Source: a virus (Duplodnaviria > Caudoviricetes). From it: a DNA stretch of 64,000 nt. The stretch is taken from the IMG/VR virus record IMGVR_UViG_3300028914_000061, positions 84,073 to 148,072 of that record; one strand, given 5' to 3'. The stretch's first letter is position 1. Every line of letters starts with the position of its first letter. The position numbers and the translations under genes were made by a program. This document shows, in pieces, positions 35,821 through 46,402 of this stretch. The notes beneath the pieces are model-generated. The model had not been told where the DNA came from, did not search any database, and was given only the letters and a program-made list of their open reading frames with translations.

Positions 35821-36072
35821 TTATTCTTCATTATCTTTTTCAAACTTTTTCGGTACAATATCACCCTCAATTACACCTGCAACAATAGCAATTATAAGAA
35901 TCAATGTTCCAAGCATTCCAAGGCCTGGCACTGCGCAAATTGCCATTGCAAGAATAGCATAAGGAATCGGAATCTTTTCCTCATATTCCAACTCAAACAA
36001 GCCTAATGTAAGCAATACAAAAAAGAATGCTATACCAAGGCAAATAAAATAAATTAACCAAAATGTACTCAT
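35821..36072 (-). CDS. Membrane protein
   Basis: Hydrophobic. Confidence 0.7.
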   Translation of the reverse strand: MSTFWLIYFICLGIAFFFVLLTLGLFELEYEEKIPIPYAILAMAICAVPGLGMLGTLILIIAIVAGVIEGDIVPKKFEKDNEE

Positions 36073-36220
36073 AATATTTAAAAATTTTAATTGTTATAAT
36101 CTGTTTTCTTTTTCTTTCCAATGTTCACAATCTTCATCTCCCCATTGTTCTTCTTTATCCAAAATTCTTCCATGATAAAAACAATGTGATGGAAGCCATG
36201 GATTTTGCCATGCACAAAAA

Positions 36221-36475
36221 CTACATTTGTATTTCATTTTCTCGCTCTTTTATTGCGTTGCGAATCTTACGCTTATTGATTTTAATTTCAATTACTTGAC
36301 CTCCTGGCCTAAGCCATTTTCTTGTCACATAACTAATTCCGTTATATATACGATTCCCATAACGGTCTTCATCATAATAACTTGAGAAATGTGTCTTCTT
36401 GGCAATGGCCTTATAGAAAGCCTTCAGGCGTTCAAGCGTAAATGTTGCGAAATATTCTCTTTCTAACTGTGTCAT
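36221..36475 (-). CDS. Hypothetical basic protein
   Basis: Tiled ORF. Confidence 0.65.
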   Translation of the reverse strand: MTQLEREYFATFTLERLKAFYKAIAKKTHFSSYYDEDRYGNRIYNGISYVTRKWLRPGGQVIEIKINKRKIRNAIKERENEIQM

Positions 36476-36791
36476 TTTATTCTCCTATTGTAAACAGTGT
36501 TATCCACTTAAAAAATCCCAATTTTTGTCCAACAGCCTTTGTTACATTTGGGCTGAATTGTAGGAATACGGACTGATATTCCATATCGTCATAGTCATCG
36601 TAATAATGCTTTCTGACAAGTCCGCCATTTGATGTAGTAACTAATCTATACATGATATTAATAAATTAATGATGCAAAAATCAAATAAAAGGCATATGCT
36701 ATATCATCATATGGGTTATTATTACAATAATCACCAAGACGTGAGCATAAGCGACAAAGTTTGAATTTTATTTTCAATTTCAAAGGCATAA

Positions 36792-36983
36792 TTAACTCCT
36801 TTCATAAAGTTTACCTTCATCATCATATGTAAAAGCATGGGAATAGCTAAATCCATAATCAGTTTTTGTTCTACCCCAAATGAACTTTTTCCCATTTTCC
36901 TCAAAAATCCCAATTACTTCATAGATTTTCTTACTTCTACCGACATTGAAGGTATCTCCTATTTTTAATTCTTGTTTATCCAT
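36792..36983 (-). CDS. Hypothetical protein
   Basis: Tiled ORF. Confidence 0.62.
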   Translation of the reverse strand: MDKQELKIGDTFNVGRSKKIYEVIGIFEENGKKFIWGRTKTDYGFSYSHAFTYDDEGKLYERS

Positions 36984-37268
36984 ATCAATTAATCTAAAAT
37001 TATATCCATATAATTACAAAAGTCTTCAACCCACCAATGTTTGTCAGCCTCAGGCATATCCAAGTTCATGTAAAGCCATTCAGCCGCTTTTTTGATTACG
37101 TTATTTTTTTCTTCTTGTGTCATAGCATTTTATTCTACTATCCAATGAGGGTCTTCGATATTTCCAAGGTCATTGTCATCAATGTATCCTGAATAATCGG
37201 AAAGATGCTTACTTATCTCAGCAAGCAAATCTCTCATGGGTTTGTTAAAATCTTTTTCTTCATCCATG

Positions 37269-37607
37269 TTATTCCTCTTTGATTAGGTTATAAATCTCTT
37301 TTACAACTTTGGGGTCAGGTTCACCCCATTCAAGATGGCGTACAATCTTATTAATCAACCCCTTTGCCTCATTTCTTTCTTTTATATATTCTTCACACTC
37401 GGCCTTTGTTCCCTTGTAAAGCAAATAGCCAAGATATTCAGAACGATGGGTTTCTGAACCAAATTTGTTTGAGTTTCCTGAATGTTTAGTTACAATAAAC
37501 TTTGAACCAGCGCTTGTTACTTCTGTTTCTGTAACAAATTCATAATCATTTTTCGCTGTGTTAATGATACAAACTGTATCGCCTTTTTTAATATCTTGTC
37601 TTTTCAT
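37269..37607 (-). CDS. Hypothetical protein
   Basis: Tiled ORF. Confidence 0.7.
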   Translation of the reverse strand: MKRQDIKKGDTVCIINTAKNDYEFVTETEVTSAGSKFIVTKHSGNSNKFGSETHRSEYLGYLLYKGTKAECEEYIKERNEAKGLINKIVRHLEWGEPDPKVVKEIYNLIKEE

Positions 37608-37619
37608 TTTAATTGAATT

Positions 37620-37922
37620 TTAATCAAATTTTTTACCACAGAATGGACAGAATTGAATGTCTTCCACTGCTCCACCTTCGCCAAAAGCGCCAATCCATCC
37701 ATATCCCATATCAAGGCTGGTGTAACAATCGTATGTTAATTCCATCTTGGCTTCTTTGTGCTCTCGTAAGATTTCACAAACGCATTTACCTTCAGTATCA
37801 AGAATTTCAATTTCGTTTTCTCTGAAATAGCATTTTCTATTAGGTGTCATCCACTTGTAGCCTTGTTCGTTATAGTTTGCTTCAACAACGTCAATAATGT
37901 AGTTTGAATATAAAGCTTTCAT
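37620..37922 (-). CDS. Hypothetical protein, C-terminal CPFCG
   Basis: Zn-ribbon-like motif. Confidence 0.7.
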   Translation of the reverse strand: MKALYSNYIIDVVEANYNEQGYKWMTPNRKCYFRENEIEILDTEGKCVCEILREHKEAKMELTYDCYTSLDMGYGWIGAFGEGGAVEDIQFCPFCGKKFD

Positions 37923-37926
37923 AATT

Positions 37927-38214
37927 TTAATCGTAATAATGGGTTAATGCTTCTTCTATGAATTTTTCAATAACGGCAGACATTGCTCCTGTGCTGTTTT
38001 CTGAATTTTTAGCGTCTTTATGCTTACACTTAACAAATGAATCCCAATTTATAGTACTCATATCTGAATAAGAGCCGCCATAAAATGGGCAACGATGACA
38101 CTCTTGGTTTCCTGCTTTACCTTTTAGGCCACGCAACGTACATATTTCGTTGTATGCCACAAGATGGAAATCAAGTGTCACTTTTCCTGTTTCGTATTCG
38201 TAAGTGCAAGCCAT
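37927..38214 (-). CDS. Hypothetical Cys-containing protein
   Basis: Tiled ORF. Confidence 0.68.
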   Translation of the reverse strand: MACTYEYETGKVTLDFHLVAYNEICTLRGLKGKAGNQECHRCPFYGGSYSDMSTINWDSFVKCKHKDAKNSENSTGAMSAVIEKFIEEALTHYYD

Positions 38215-38216
38215 AG

Positions 38217-38453
38217 TTATCTGTTGTATTCGATTTCATCAGCAACTTGGCCCATAGCCATCATTGCAAGGCCCAATTGTAATTCCTTTGCATCATCGCC
38301 CAAACTGTCAGTACGTAGGACAATTGTATCTTCCATACATTTTTGCTTTGCTTGCTCAGCAATCATTTCTTCATATTTTGAGTCTGCATCCAATATCATT
38401 TGTGCAGCAATAGCGTTCAAATATTTGTCTTCGATTTCAATTTCAATTTTCAT
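38217..38453 (-). CDS. Hypothetical protein
   Basis: Tiled ORF. Confidence 0.68.
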   Translation of the reverse strand: MKIEIEIEDKYLNAIAAQMILDADSKYEEMIAEQAKQKCMEDTIVLRTDSLGDDAKELQLGLAMMAMGQVADEIEYNR

Positions 38454-38457
38454 GGTT

Positions 38458-39066
38458 TCAATTTTCGTTTTTTAATAATGATTGTAATTTGTTTTTATGC
38501 TCTTCGGTTTGTGGCGTACCTGAGAAATTGTAGAAATTAAACAGATAAATCTTCATATCATCAGTAACAGGAACGTCAGGATATGAATAATAAACCAATG
38601 CGGTCATACTATTTGCCCTTGATTCAAAGAACCATTGAAGTTTATCATCAAAATCCTTGAAATAACAGTCTTGTCCATTGATATTGATTGAAAATTCATT
38701 TCTAAGGAATTTCTGAATAGTCATAAGACGTTGTTTACCATCAATCACATAGTTGATGCTTTCGCTTCTGACATCGTAGTTAAACGTGTGTTGAACGATT
38801 ACGACAGGCTCAAGTGGCTTCTCGAACAGAATAGAGAAAATAAACTCACTCTGTTGGTAATGTTCCCATACATAAGGGCGCTGTAGGTTAATTCCGTACT
38901 TTGGCAGAAAAACGTCAAAGTCATATTTACGGTTTCTTGGATTTTCCTCTGTTGCTTTAAGAGCATCAGTTAATCTATAATCCAACAGAACATTCTTATT
39001 GACATGAATGTCTTTTGGTAGATTGTGCAAATCGTTAAGTTCTCTTACGTTTTCAAGTGTGACCAT
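38458..39066 (-). CDS. DUF262 / ParB-Srx-like domain protein
   Basis: LQRPYVW...VIDGKQRL motifs. Confidence 0.85.
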   Translation of the reverse strand: MVTLENVRELNDLHNLPKDIHVNKNVLLDYRLTDALKATEENPRNRKYDFDVFLPKYGINLQRPYVWEHYQQSEFIFSILFEKPLEPVVIVQHTFNYDVRSESINYVIDGKQRLMTIQKFLRNEFSININGQDCYFKDFDDKLQWFFESRANSMTALVYYSYPDVPVTDDMKIYLFNFYNFSGTPQTEEHKNKLQSLLKNEN

Positions 39067-39182
39067 AATTATAATTTTAATGTTTACTTATCCATATACA
39101 AAAACCGTGCCAAAGTTTAAAATTTATCCTCCCAATAGTACACCATTGTAATGGCAGAAAGGTTCGCCTTCAATAAATTCAA

Positions 39183-39422
39183 TCATAATTCTTCAAGCTT
39201 TTTCTGTTGGTCTTTTTTAAATTCTGAAATAAGGTCCATAATCTTTCCATACAATTCTGATGGGATTAAGATTTCCTTTGTTCTTCCATTGAAAGAACGT
39301 TGTTTAAAATAGAAATTGCTTTGATATTCATCATCAGGTCTTGTTAACTCAAATTCAATATCTTCACAATTCTCAATATTGAAATAAAGTTTTAATGCTT
39401 GTTCTACTTTATCAGGGCTCAT
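39183..39422 (-). CDS. Hypothetical protein
   Basis: Tandem with the similar 39419-39652. Confidence 0.68.
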   Translation of the reverse strand: MSPDKVEQALKLYFNIENCEDIEFELTRPDDEYQSNFYFKQRSFNGRTKEILIPSELYGKIMDLISEFKKDQQKKLEEL

Positions 39423-39652
39423 AGACTTGCAAATCTTTCTTTAAGTTTTGAAACATGGTTTACTATTAGTTCTACAATGTCATCCTCAATTTCTTTTGGT
39501 AGTGCAGTTCCAGAACTTGGGTTATTATCTTTCACCATAACAAAATGAGCATCAGGAAATGCTTTTTCATTTGTTATAGTTTTTACTATTTGCTCGTATG
39601 TATTAATTTGAAAATCGAGCTTCATAGCTTCGTTAAGTTGCTCTTTATTCAT
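39419..39652 (-). CDS. Hypothetical protein
   Basis: ATGA overlap. Confidence 0.68.
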   Translation of the reverse strand: MNKEQLNEAMKLDFQINTYEQIVKTITNEKAFPDAHFVMVKDNNPSSGTALPKEIEDDIVELIVNHVSKLKERFASL

Positions 39653-39663
39653 AATCTAATATT

Positions 39664-40008
39664 TTAGTTAAATAATTCTCCATATATACAGAACGGGGAT
39701 TTATCAGCCCAGTTTCCAAATTTGTCAACCAAATCACTAAAAATTTGAAGTGGCCTCTTATATGCACTATTCCATGAATATTCATGCGCCTTTTCGCCAG
39801 TAATGACATAGTAAGCAGGGGCAATAAGTATTCTATCCAATCCATCTGCTATGCTAAACATAATGAACGTAGCAATGAATAAAACCCCAAATACTGGGAA
39901 TAAAACAGCTTGAAGTATGGCAAATATAACAAATAAAGCACCGAGTAAAAATGACATAATCGGTACTACAAATGCTTCCTTGAATCGTTTCCAATATTCG
40001 TTACTCAT
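39664..40008 (-). CDS. Membrane protein, YYVxTG family
   Basis: TM helices + YYVITG. Confidence 0.72.
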   Translation of the reverse strand: MSNEYWKRFKEAFVVPIMSFLLGALFVIFAILQAVLFPVFGVLFIATFIMFSIADGLDRILIAPAYYVITGEKAHEYSWNSAYKRPLQIFSDLVDKFGNWADKSPFCIYGELFN

Positions 40009-40399
40009 CTTCTATTTTAATTTTAATGCTACAAATTTTATTCCATATGTTGCCATAAAAATCAACATCATTGTGTGCGCTTCTCCATCTTTCATGGTCG
40101 TAATTGGATTCCCCCTCAAGTCTTCTGAATGTAAGAACACCTGTCTCAATAATGTCCTCAAACATTATAAGTACGCCATAATAGACATTCAAGAACTTGC
40201 TGCCAGTCAAGATGAAGTATATCGGCCTTACAACTAAAAATTCAATTGGCACAAGTACACACATTGTTATAATAAATGTGAAAAAAATGCAAATCATCTG
40301 TATTAGCATCATAAGGCCAAGACCTATTGTTGATAATATTATACCAAAAAGTTTTAATACAGACAAAATTATTTTCAAAAATCTTTCAAAGTATTCCAT
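40001..40399 (-). CDS. Membrane protein, YYVxTG family
   Basis: TM helices + YFILTG. Confidence 0.72.
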   Translation of the reverse strand: MEYFERFLKIILSVLKLFGIILSTIGLGLMMLIQMICIFFTFIITMCVLVPIEFLVVRPIYFILTGSKFLNVYYGVLIMFEDIIETGVLTFRRLEGESNYDHERWRSAHNDVDFYGNIWNKICSIKIKIEDE

Positions 40400-40553
40400 T
40401 ATGATTTAATTTTTGGGTGTTTAATAATTTTAAACTTATAAGCAAATCCCTTTTTAATGGCTTCTTCGCCACTTTTCTTTGCCTTTCTAATTGATGGGTA
40501 TTCGATTCCATATGATTCACTACCCTCTTTGTTAATCCAAATCAGTTCACACT

Positions 40554-40850
40554 TCATGATTCTTCTTGTTGTTCGTATAATTCTTCTAATTCACTTGCGC
40601 TGTGTATTCCTAAATCTCCATAATCATCGGGGTCCCCTCCATCTGAAACGATATATGTTGAGTCGTAAACGCTGTAGTCAGCTCCATCTACATGTTTTAA
40701 TACATGGATAGTATCAGGAGTAGCAAATAATCCACAAATTGAAAGATTTCCTTTTTTGAACAAATTATCAATTGCATTTAAGTGCTTGATAACTTTAAGG
40801 TCATCTTCTGTCAAATGTTCTTTTGTTAGTTCGTAAATCAAATTACTCAT
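40554..40850 (-). CDS. Hypothetical protein
   Basis: Tiled ORF. Confidence 0.68.
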   Translation of the reverse strand: MSNLIYELTKEHLTEDDLKVIKHLNAIDNLFKKGNLSICGLFATPDTIHVLKHVDGADYSVYDSTYIVSDGGDPDDYGDLGIHSASELEELYEQQEES

Positions 40851-41040
40851 TTTCTTCTATTAGTCCTATTAAATTTTCAATTAGGTTTTGTTTACCAATT
40901 GACTTATTAAAGTCATTATACATTTGAGAATTACCTTGCCTTATTGCCTTTTCATAGTAATGTACTCTCAAGCGTTCCAATTCTGACTTTGGAATCCATA
41001 TACCACCATTCTCTACTTTATATTCTTCAAACATATTCAT
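40843..41040 (-). CDS. Hypothetical protein
   Basis: Tiled ORF. Confidence 0.62.
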   Translation of the reverse strand: MNMFEEYKVENGGIWIPKSELERLRVHYYEKAIRQGNSQMYNDFNKSIGKQNLIENLIGLIEENE

Positions 41041-41043
41041 GGC

Positions 41044-41280
41044 TTAAAACTTTCCTCTATGATAACTTCTTTTCTTATGGTGGTTTCGTTTAATGTAGTT
41101 TTTAGGCTTTGTTTCGCTTTCACCCATTACAACATTGTCATATATGACTTCACGTGTAAAATGTGGACACTTACCAAAGCTTGATACACTCATTGTGCAG
41201 TTTCGTCTTCCACAATATGCACATGGATAATCAGGCATCGAATTGGTAATTGTATTACTATCTTCAGTCTTCGCTATCAT
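41044..41280 (-). CDS. Hypothetical Cys-containing protein
   Basis: CAYC..C..C. Confidence 0.62.
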   Translation of the reverse strand: MIAKTEDSNTITNSMPDYPCAYCGRRNCTMSVSSFGKCPHFTREVIYDNVVMGESETKPKNYIKRNHHKKRSYHRGKF

Positions 41281-41392
41281 CTTTTTCTTTCTTTATTCCT
41301 GCATCGCATCCATCACATTCGCATGGTGCTGAGCGTAAATCTTGCCTTACTCCGCAGCAATTACATTTCGGGCCTCTGTATGGTACTGACAT
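41264..41392 (-). CDS. 42-aa Cys-rich microprotein
   Basis: First ATG after promoter 41438; CNCC...CECDGC. Confidence 0.55.
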   Translation of the reverse strand: MSVPYRGPKCNCCGVRQDLRSAPCECDGCDAGIKKEKDDSED

Positions 41393-41489
41393 ATTTTAAA
41401 AAATTTATTCACTGCAATATACATCAAAAACTGTGCCAAACTTTCAAATTTTGTCGGAAACTATATAAAAAAAGTGACTTTCCGACAAA

Positions 41490-41789
41490 TTATACCACAT
41501 CAAAGTTTTCTTGGAAATCATCTATATTAGTGATATAGCCACCAACTATAAAATGTTTCTCTGTCCATACATAGGCTTTCACAACATCACCCTTTTTGAA
41601 CTTATATGTATCTTTTATACATCTTACATCAAATTCTTCGACTTCAGTTTCAAGTTGCCCTCTTGCACTGCATGAACTACAGCAGTCTTCAAGTTCATCC
41701 CAATCATCACTATTGATTTTAGGGCAAACACGGTTAGCTAATTCACCGTATCTTGTACAAAAGAAAACATTATACTTGTGTTCTGACAT
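41490..41789 (-). CDS. Hypothetical protein
   Basis: Tiled ORF. Confidence 0.68.
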   Translation of the reverse strand: MSEHKYNVFFCTRYGELANRVCPKINSDDWDELEDCCSSCSARGQLETEVEEFDVRCIKDTYKFKKGDVVKAYVWTEKHFIVGGYITNIDDFQENFDVV

Positions 41790-41890
41790 TTCTTACAATT
41801 TTAATTTTATTTTGTTTACTATAAACCTTATCAACAGATAAGATTAAAGAAGCCTCCATGCACTTTTGGAAGCTTCTTTGAACATCTTTT

Positions 41891-42328
41891 TTACTTATCT
41901 TCTGTTTCATTATCTGAATGATTTTCAAGTTTTTCATCATACCTTTCGACTGAATCATCGTACTTGATATTCTGAAGCCACTTGTAGTACTCCTTGATGA
42001 TTTCAATATCAGATTCATTTGATTCTCCATTGGCAACCTTTCTGATTGATTCCTTTTGAATTGCATTAGGTAGGAAAGCCACAAGTTGATTGAATTTCTT
42101 TGTCAAATCATTGTAATTTTTACTCCACTGTGCAATTGAATCATCACGGCCTTGAAGTTGCTTTTGAAGGCTGATTATGTTAGAAGAATACTGTTTCAAT
42201 GCAGTATCCATCATACTAAGTGCAGCATCATTTTCCTTATTGGCATGAATATCAAAAAAGTGCCCGTAAATGTACATACCGCTTTGTAGTATAAGAACTA
42301 CAATCAAAATAATAATTAAAATTTCCAT
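41891..42328 (-). CDS. Membrane-anchored coiled-coil protein
   Basis: N-terminal TM helix. Confidence 0.72.
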   Translation of the reverse strand: MEILIIILIVVLILQSGMYIYGHFFDIHANKENDAALSMMDTALKQYSSNIISLQKQLQGRDDSIAQWSKNYNDLTKKFNQLVAFLPNAIQKESIRKVANGESNESDIEIIKEYYKWLQNIKYDDSVERYDEKLENHSDNETEDK

Positions 42329-42350
42329 AAGTTATTGTTTATTAAATTAT

Positions 42351-42617
42351 TTACCACGTTCTATCTTTGTCGTAATATTTCTTTCTCCATTCAAATTCTT
42401 CGCAATTGATTATCCATTCCATAACAGCTTCAACAATCGGGTAATGGAAGTCCCAATAGTTGTTTCCTGTAACTACATAATAAACTGCTGCTACAATAAG
42501 TTCAACGCTTATTTGAAGAACAAAAGCAATAGGAATCAGTGTAAACATTCCTACTATTCGTGTAATCAAAAGGAAAATCCACTTAATTAAGTTCCAAATT
42601 CTTTCTAAGTAAATCAT
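42351..42617 (-). CDS. Membrane protein, YYVxTG family
   Basis: TM + YYVVTG. Confidence 0.7.
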   Translation of the reverse strand: MIYLERIWNLIKWIFLLITRIVGMFTLIPIAFVLQISVELIVAAVYYVVTGNNYWDFHYPIVEAVMEWIINCEEFEWRKKYYDKDRTW

Positions 42618-43057
42618 AATATTTTGACTTTTAATGTTACCATATAGTTTTTTCTATCTCCCTTTTTATGTTTTAATTCGTGTGTCCAAACGTCTTTTAC
42701 ATCGTGATTCCAAAGTCTTTCGGCATCACATCCGTATGGGAAACACATAAAGAATACTTTAATGTTTGGTTCAACGATTCCAACATCAAGCGTACCATCA
42801 TCTTCAACACTGACACATGCAAAATAATCTTGTTTGTTGCAGTCATAGTTCTTGTCTCTCATTAATTGGTCCACAAGAACATCGTTTTCGATTATCTCAC
42901 ATTCAACATCAACAATGTCTTCAGGCTTGCAGCCCCATACATAGCAATGGTCTCTTGATGCACCAAAATGTTTCAAAAATTCACGTTTGTCATCTTTGTG
43001 CATAATTGCCGTTGTTACGAACTTCGTGCCAGGTTCTACCGAATCAATTGTAATCAT
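42614..43057 (-). CDS. Hypothetical protein
   Basis: Tiled ORF. Confidence 0.72.
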   Translation of the reverse strand: MITIDSVEPGTKFVTTAIMHKDDKREFLKHFGASRDHCYVWGCKPEDIVDVECEIIENDVLVDQLMRDKNYDCNKQDYFACVSVEDDGTLDVGIVEPNIKVFFMCFPYGCDAERLWNHDVKDVWTHELKHKKGDRKNYMVTLKVKIL

Positions 43058-43225
43058 AGTTTATCTGCGTTAATGGTTACTGCAATTCTTGCCCATTCGT
43101 CTTTAATTTCTTGTGTCAATAGTGAGTTAGTTTCTGTGTTCATAATTGGGACAATACAATCTTTGAAGAATCCATCCCAATCCATTTCAAACTCTCCGAA
43201 AGTGTTATGAATGTTAGCCATAATA

Positions 43226-44203
43226 TTACTGTTTAATTACGTAAATAAAATCATTGAACGTATGCCAATATTCTTCACCATTTAGGCAATACCTCTTATT
43301 GTAGTCAAGGTAAATTTTACCATCATCATCAACAACCATTTCTACACCGATAACATAATCAACAAGGTCTTTAACCCCCTTGTAAATCCTAATTTCAAAT
43401 CCATGTCTGTTGAGAATCTTTGTAGCAAGGCCAGCCTGTTCTTGGACAATCTCTTCGTCAAATTTATATTCGTTGAAAATCTTGTTCATTTCTCCTGTCT
43501 CATCACAGAAGTCAAGCCTGATTCTTGTATTGTCGAATCCACAATCCTTTGAGAAGTCAACAAATTTCAGGACAAACAAAACATAGTCCAAATAATCCTC
43601 AAAAGGTTCATAAATAACTGCAATTGAAGTAGTTGCAATACCTCTTTCATGTAACTCTTCATTCAACTTTTTAAGGTCTTCATTTGAAGGAATATATTTG
43701 GTCCTGAATATTTCCGATGTTCTTTTCAGATACTCATAATGGTGGACTGAGATATTGACAATATCCACAATATCCTTCATGTAAATCATGCACTCATTAA
43801 GATGATAGCCGTTGGTAGTAAGAACAATCTTGTCAACTTTCTCTTTGTATCGTTCTTTGAAGTATGCCAACATATTCATAAGTTCAACGAACTCTTTTAC
43901 ATTGAAAGTTGGCTCATTTCCCGTAATGTCAAGGGAAATACGTCTGTCATGGATATTTGCAAACAGTTCCTCAAGAGAATCTTTCATATTCTTGAAAAAA
44001 GCTCTTGTGTCATGGACTTGTGTCTCACTTGTTTGCTTATTGAAGCAGAAAGGACAATTGGCCTGACAATAGCAAGGCATTACAATTTTCACAGACAAAG
44101 TATGCCCATGACCAACTTTGAAATCATTGTCAATTTGAACAGGGAAAAATTCCTTGTTAAGTACGTTTGCGATAAAATCACCAGCGGTTTTAATATTTTC
44201 CAT
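43226..44203 (-). CDS. Radical SAM protein
   Basis: CQANCPFC (CxxxCxxC), ITGNEPT, TTNG. Confidence 0.9.
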   Translation of the reverse strand: MENIKTAGDFIANVLNKEFFPVQIDNDFKVGHGHTLSVKIVMPCYCQANCPFCFNKQTSETQVHDTRAFFKNMKDSLEELFANIHDRRISLDITGNEPTFNVKEFVELMNMLAYFKERYKEKVDKIVLTTNGYHLNECMIYMKDIVDIVNISVHHYEYLKRTSEIFRTKYIPSNEDLKKLNEELHERGIATTSIAVIYEPFEDYLDYVLFVLKFVDFSKDCGFDNTRIRLDFCDETGEMNKIFNEYKFDEEIVQEQAGLATKILNRHGFEIRIYKGVKDLVDYVIGVEMVVDDDGKIYLDYNKRYCLNGEEYWHTFNDFIYVIKQ

Positions 44204-44251
44204 GATATGTGAATTTTGATTTACCTTACTATATCAAAAATCGTGCCAAAG

Positions 44252-44446
44252 TTACATGAATAGGATAATAAAGAAGATAATCCAAACTAAAATACAAGGT
44301 CCAAAATTCAAAATTCTAAATGCACGAGTTTGGTCTTCAGTAAGTTTTTCGCCATTTCTAAGTTTTCTCATGTGAATAATGCCAGAAATAACTTGCACTA
44401 TAATCAAAAGAAATTGAATGGATACTAAAATTGCTTGTGTAGTCAT
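44252..44446 (-). CDS. Small 2-TM protein, resembles 831-1031
   Basis: IQ..L..Q / T..FR pattern. Confidence 0.68.
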   Translation of the reverse strand: MTTQAILVSIQFLLIIVQVISGIIHMRKLRNGEKLTEDQTRAFRILNFGPCILVWIIFFIILFM

Positions 44447-44448
44447 GT

Positions 44449-45093
44449 TTATTCAGTTTTGTTATTATTTTCAAATTCTACATATTTGTCAATATCATAG
44501 CCCAAGTCTCTCAATTTCCTGAGCCTACCGATACAATCATCCCACTTTTCATTAAACAATGGAAACTCATGTTCAGTGTCATCATCAGCATAAGAAGCTT
44601 GGTCACTAATTGAGCAAACGCTTGTTCCTAAAACGAACACACCAATAATGTCATCCTTTGTGTATTTCTCATGGATTTCATCAAATAAATCGGCCTGTGT
44701 TTTCATATTGTCAGTTGCATATTCAACACTTCTAAGTGCATCTGCAAGCTCTACCATGTCATCATATGCAATGTACACATTGTCCATTGTTGATTCCATC
44801 ACAAGACGGTCTTTCCAATCAACATCTATATCTTTTGTAATACCAAGATTCCACACTTCTTGTATATAATCTTGCCCACCTGAGAAGAAACTAACCATGC
44901 TTTGTGTAACTCTGCTCTTATATTCTTCTTCTCTTGGTTCACCAATTTCCCAAGAATATCTTTTAAGAGAAGGTAAATACTTCTTTTCAAGAGTATTCCA
45001 AATATGTAGTGAACCCATCATTGCAGCCTTTGCTGCTCCGTAATACTCAATGTGTTTGTCTTGTTTAATAATGTAAAATTCTGTGCTTGCCAT
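44449..45093 (-). CDS. Hypothetical protein
   Basis: 214-aa ORF. Confidence 0.78.
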   Translation of the reverse strand: MASTEFYIIKQDKHIEYYGAAKAAMMGSLHIWNTLEKKYLPSLKRYSWEIGEPREEEYKSRVTQSMVSFFSGGQDYIQEVWNLGITKDIDVDWKDRLVMESTMDNVYIAYDDMVELADALRSVEYATDNMKTQADLFDEIHEKYTKDDIIGVFVLGTSVCSISDQASYADDDTEHEFPLFNEKWDDCIGRLRKLRDLGYDIDKYVEFENNNKTE

Positions 45094-45217
45094 AATTAAT
45101 CATCCATCCAATAGTAATCGTCATCATATGAATCATAATCGCTATCATCTGTTATCGTAGCAATTACTCCAACGATTCCCATAATCAAAATAAAACTAAG
45201 TATAAAAATCAATACTT

Positions 45218-45667
45218 TCATTTTTCGTTTAATTTGTCAATCAATTCAAATTTGTCTTGAAGAACATGGTAGAAATACTTACTACGTTCTCCTTTTGAAA
45301 TAATCCTATATCCATCCATTTCAGGAACTGTTTTACCATGCTTATCCTCAAAGTATGTGGTACAATTCAATTTGCTAAGGTCAAACAAATTCATAAAAGA
45401 CTTAACTCTATAAATGAATATATGAATGTTTTTCTTGGCGTTATGCTTATGTACACCCGCATCAATAACATTTTCTTTATCAAGAAGAATAATTCCTGTT
45501 TCTTCCTGTAACTCTCTTATTGCCGTAGCTAAATCATCTTTATCGGCATCATCACGGCAACCCTTTGGCAAATCATATCCGTTTTCGATTGGCTTTTCAG
45601 TTCCATGGCAACCTAAAATGTCGCCATCTTTATTGATTAAAACCATTGCACATGTTACTGTCTTCAT
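45218..45667 (-). CDS. Nudix hydrolase
   Basis: LPKG......DLATAIRELQEETGI Nudix box. Confidence 0.88.
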   Translation of the reverse strand: MKTVTCAMVLINKDGDILGCHGTEKPIENGYDLPKGCRDDADKDDLATAIRELQEETGIILLDKENVIDAGVHKHNAKKNIHIFIYRVKSFMNLFDLSKLNCTTYFEDKHGKTVPEMDGYRIISKGERSKYFYHVLQDKFELIDKLNEK

Positions 45668-46095
45668 TGTATCTTTTCTTTAAAAATTATTTCACTTGAA
45701 CAAAAAGCATCAAGGCTATTTTCCCTTATTGGAAACGTTCCCATAAAAAACTTGGCTCCCTTTGGTATAACACATTTAAAAACATTGAAATTCTTAAATC
45801 CAAGTGTTTCAAAATCTTCCAAGTTTGCAAATGTATGAATATAGTTGTCCCTTATTTTGTATTTGTAATCACGAATACTTGGTAGTGTGTCAAAATTTTC
45901 TGAAATCTGTCCATCAACAAATATCTTTTTGCCAACAAATGGTGTTTCTCCACTTAGCACTTCAGGCTCAATTTTTGAACACATAAAATAAGTTGCATAC
46001 TCATCATTCCTATCATAATAAGGTCTAACGAGTTTGTAGCATTCAATGTCTTTTTCTGCAACCATGGCAACTCTACTGTCAGAATATAAGCACAT
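45664..46095 (-). CDS. Hypothetical protein, paralog of 33894-34364
   Basis: AEKDIECYK; IHTF; CVIPKGA. Confidence 0.75.
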   Translation of the reverse strand: MCLYSDSRVAMVAEKDIECYKLVRPYYDRNDEYATYFMCSKIEPEVLSGETPFVGKKIFVDGQISENFDTLPSIRDYKYKIRDNYIHTFANLEDFETLGFKNFNVFKCVIPKGAKFFMGTFPIRENSLDAFCSSEIIFKEKIQ

Positions 46096-46367
46096 TAGAT
46101 TTCTTCGTTTTTAAGTTTATTATTACAATCTGAGCATAATATACAATCAACCCCAATAACATAATCAGCCTCTCCATTTTTGTTTGGAAGTATTAGTTTA
46201 TGGCAATGGTCACAAATACCATACGCATTATCTACTTTCTTTGCAAACCTCATAGCGGCTCCCCATCCACGTTTCCATGACCATATATCAAGAACAAAAT
46301 GGTCGTTCTTTAGGGCCTTATCACGTTCATTTTCAATATATCCTTTATCAATATTGTTTATTTCCAT
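46095..46367 (-). CDS. Hypothetical Zn-binding-like protein
   Basis: CDHC...CSDC. Confidence 0.65.
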   Translation of the reverse strand: MEINNIDKGYIENERDKALKNDHFVLDIWSWKRGWGAAMRFAKKVDNAYGICDHCHKLILPNKNGEADYVIGVDCILCSDCNNKLKNEEI

Positions 46368-46402
46368 ATTAAGAATATACAATTAAAATTTATTATTACA
46401 AA

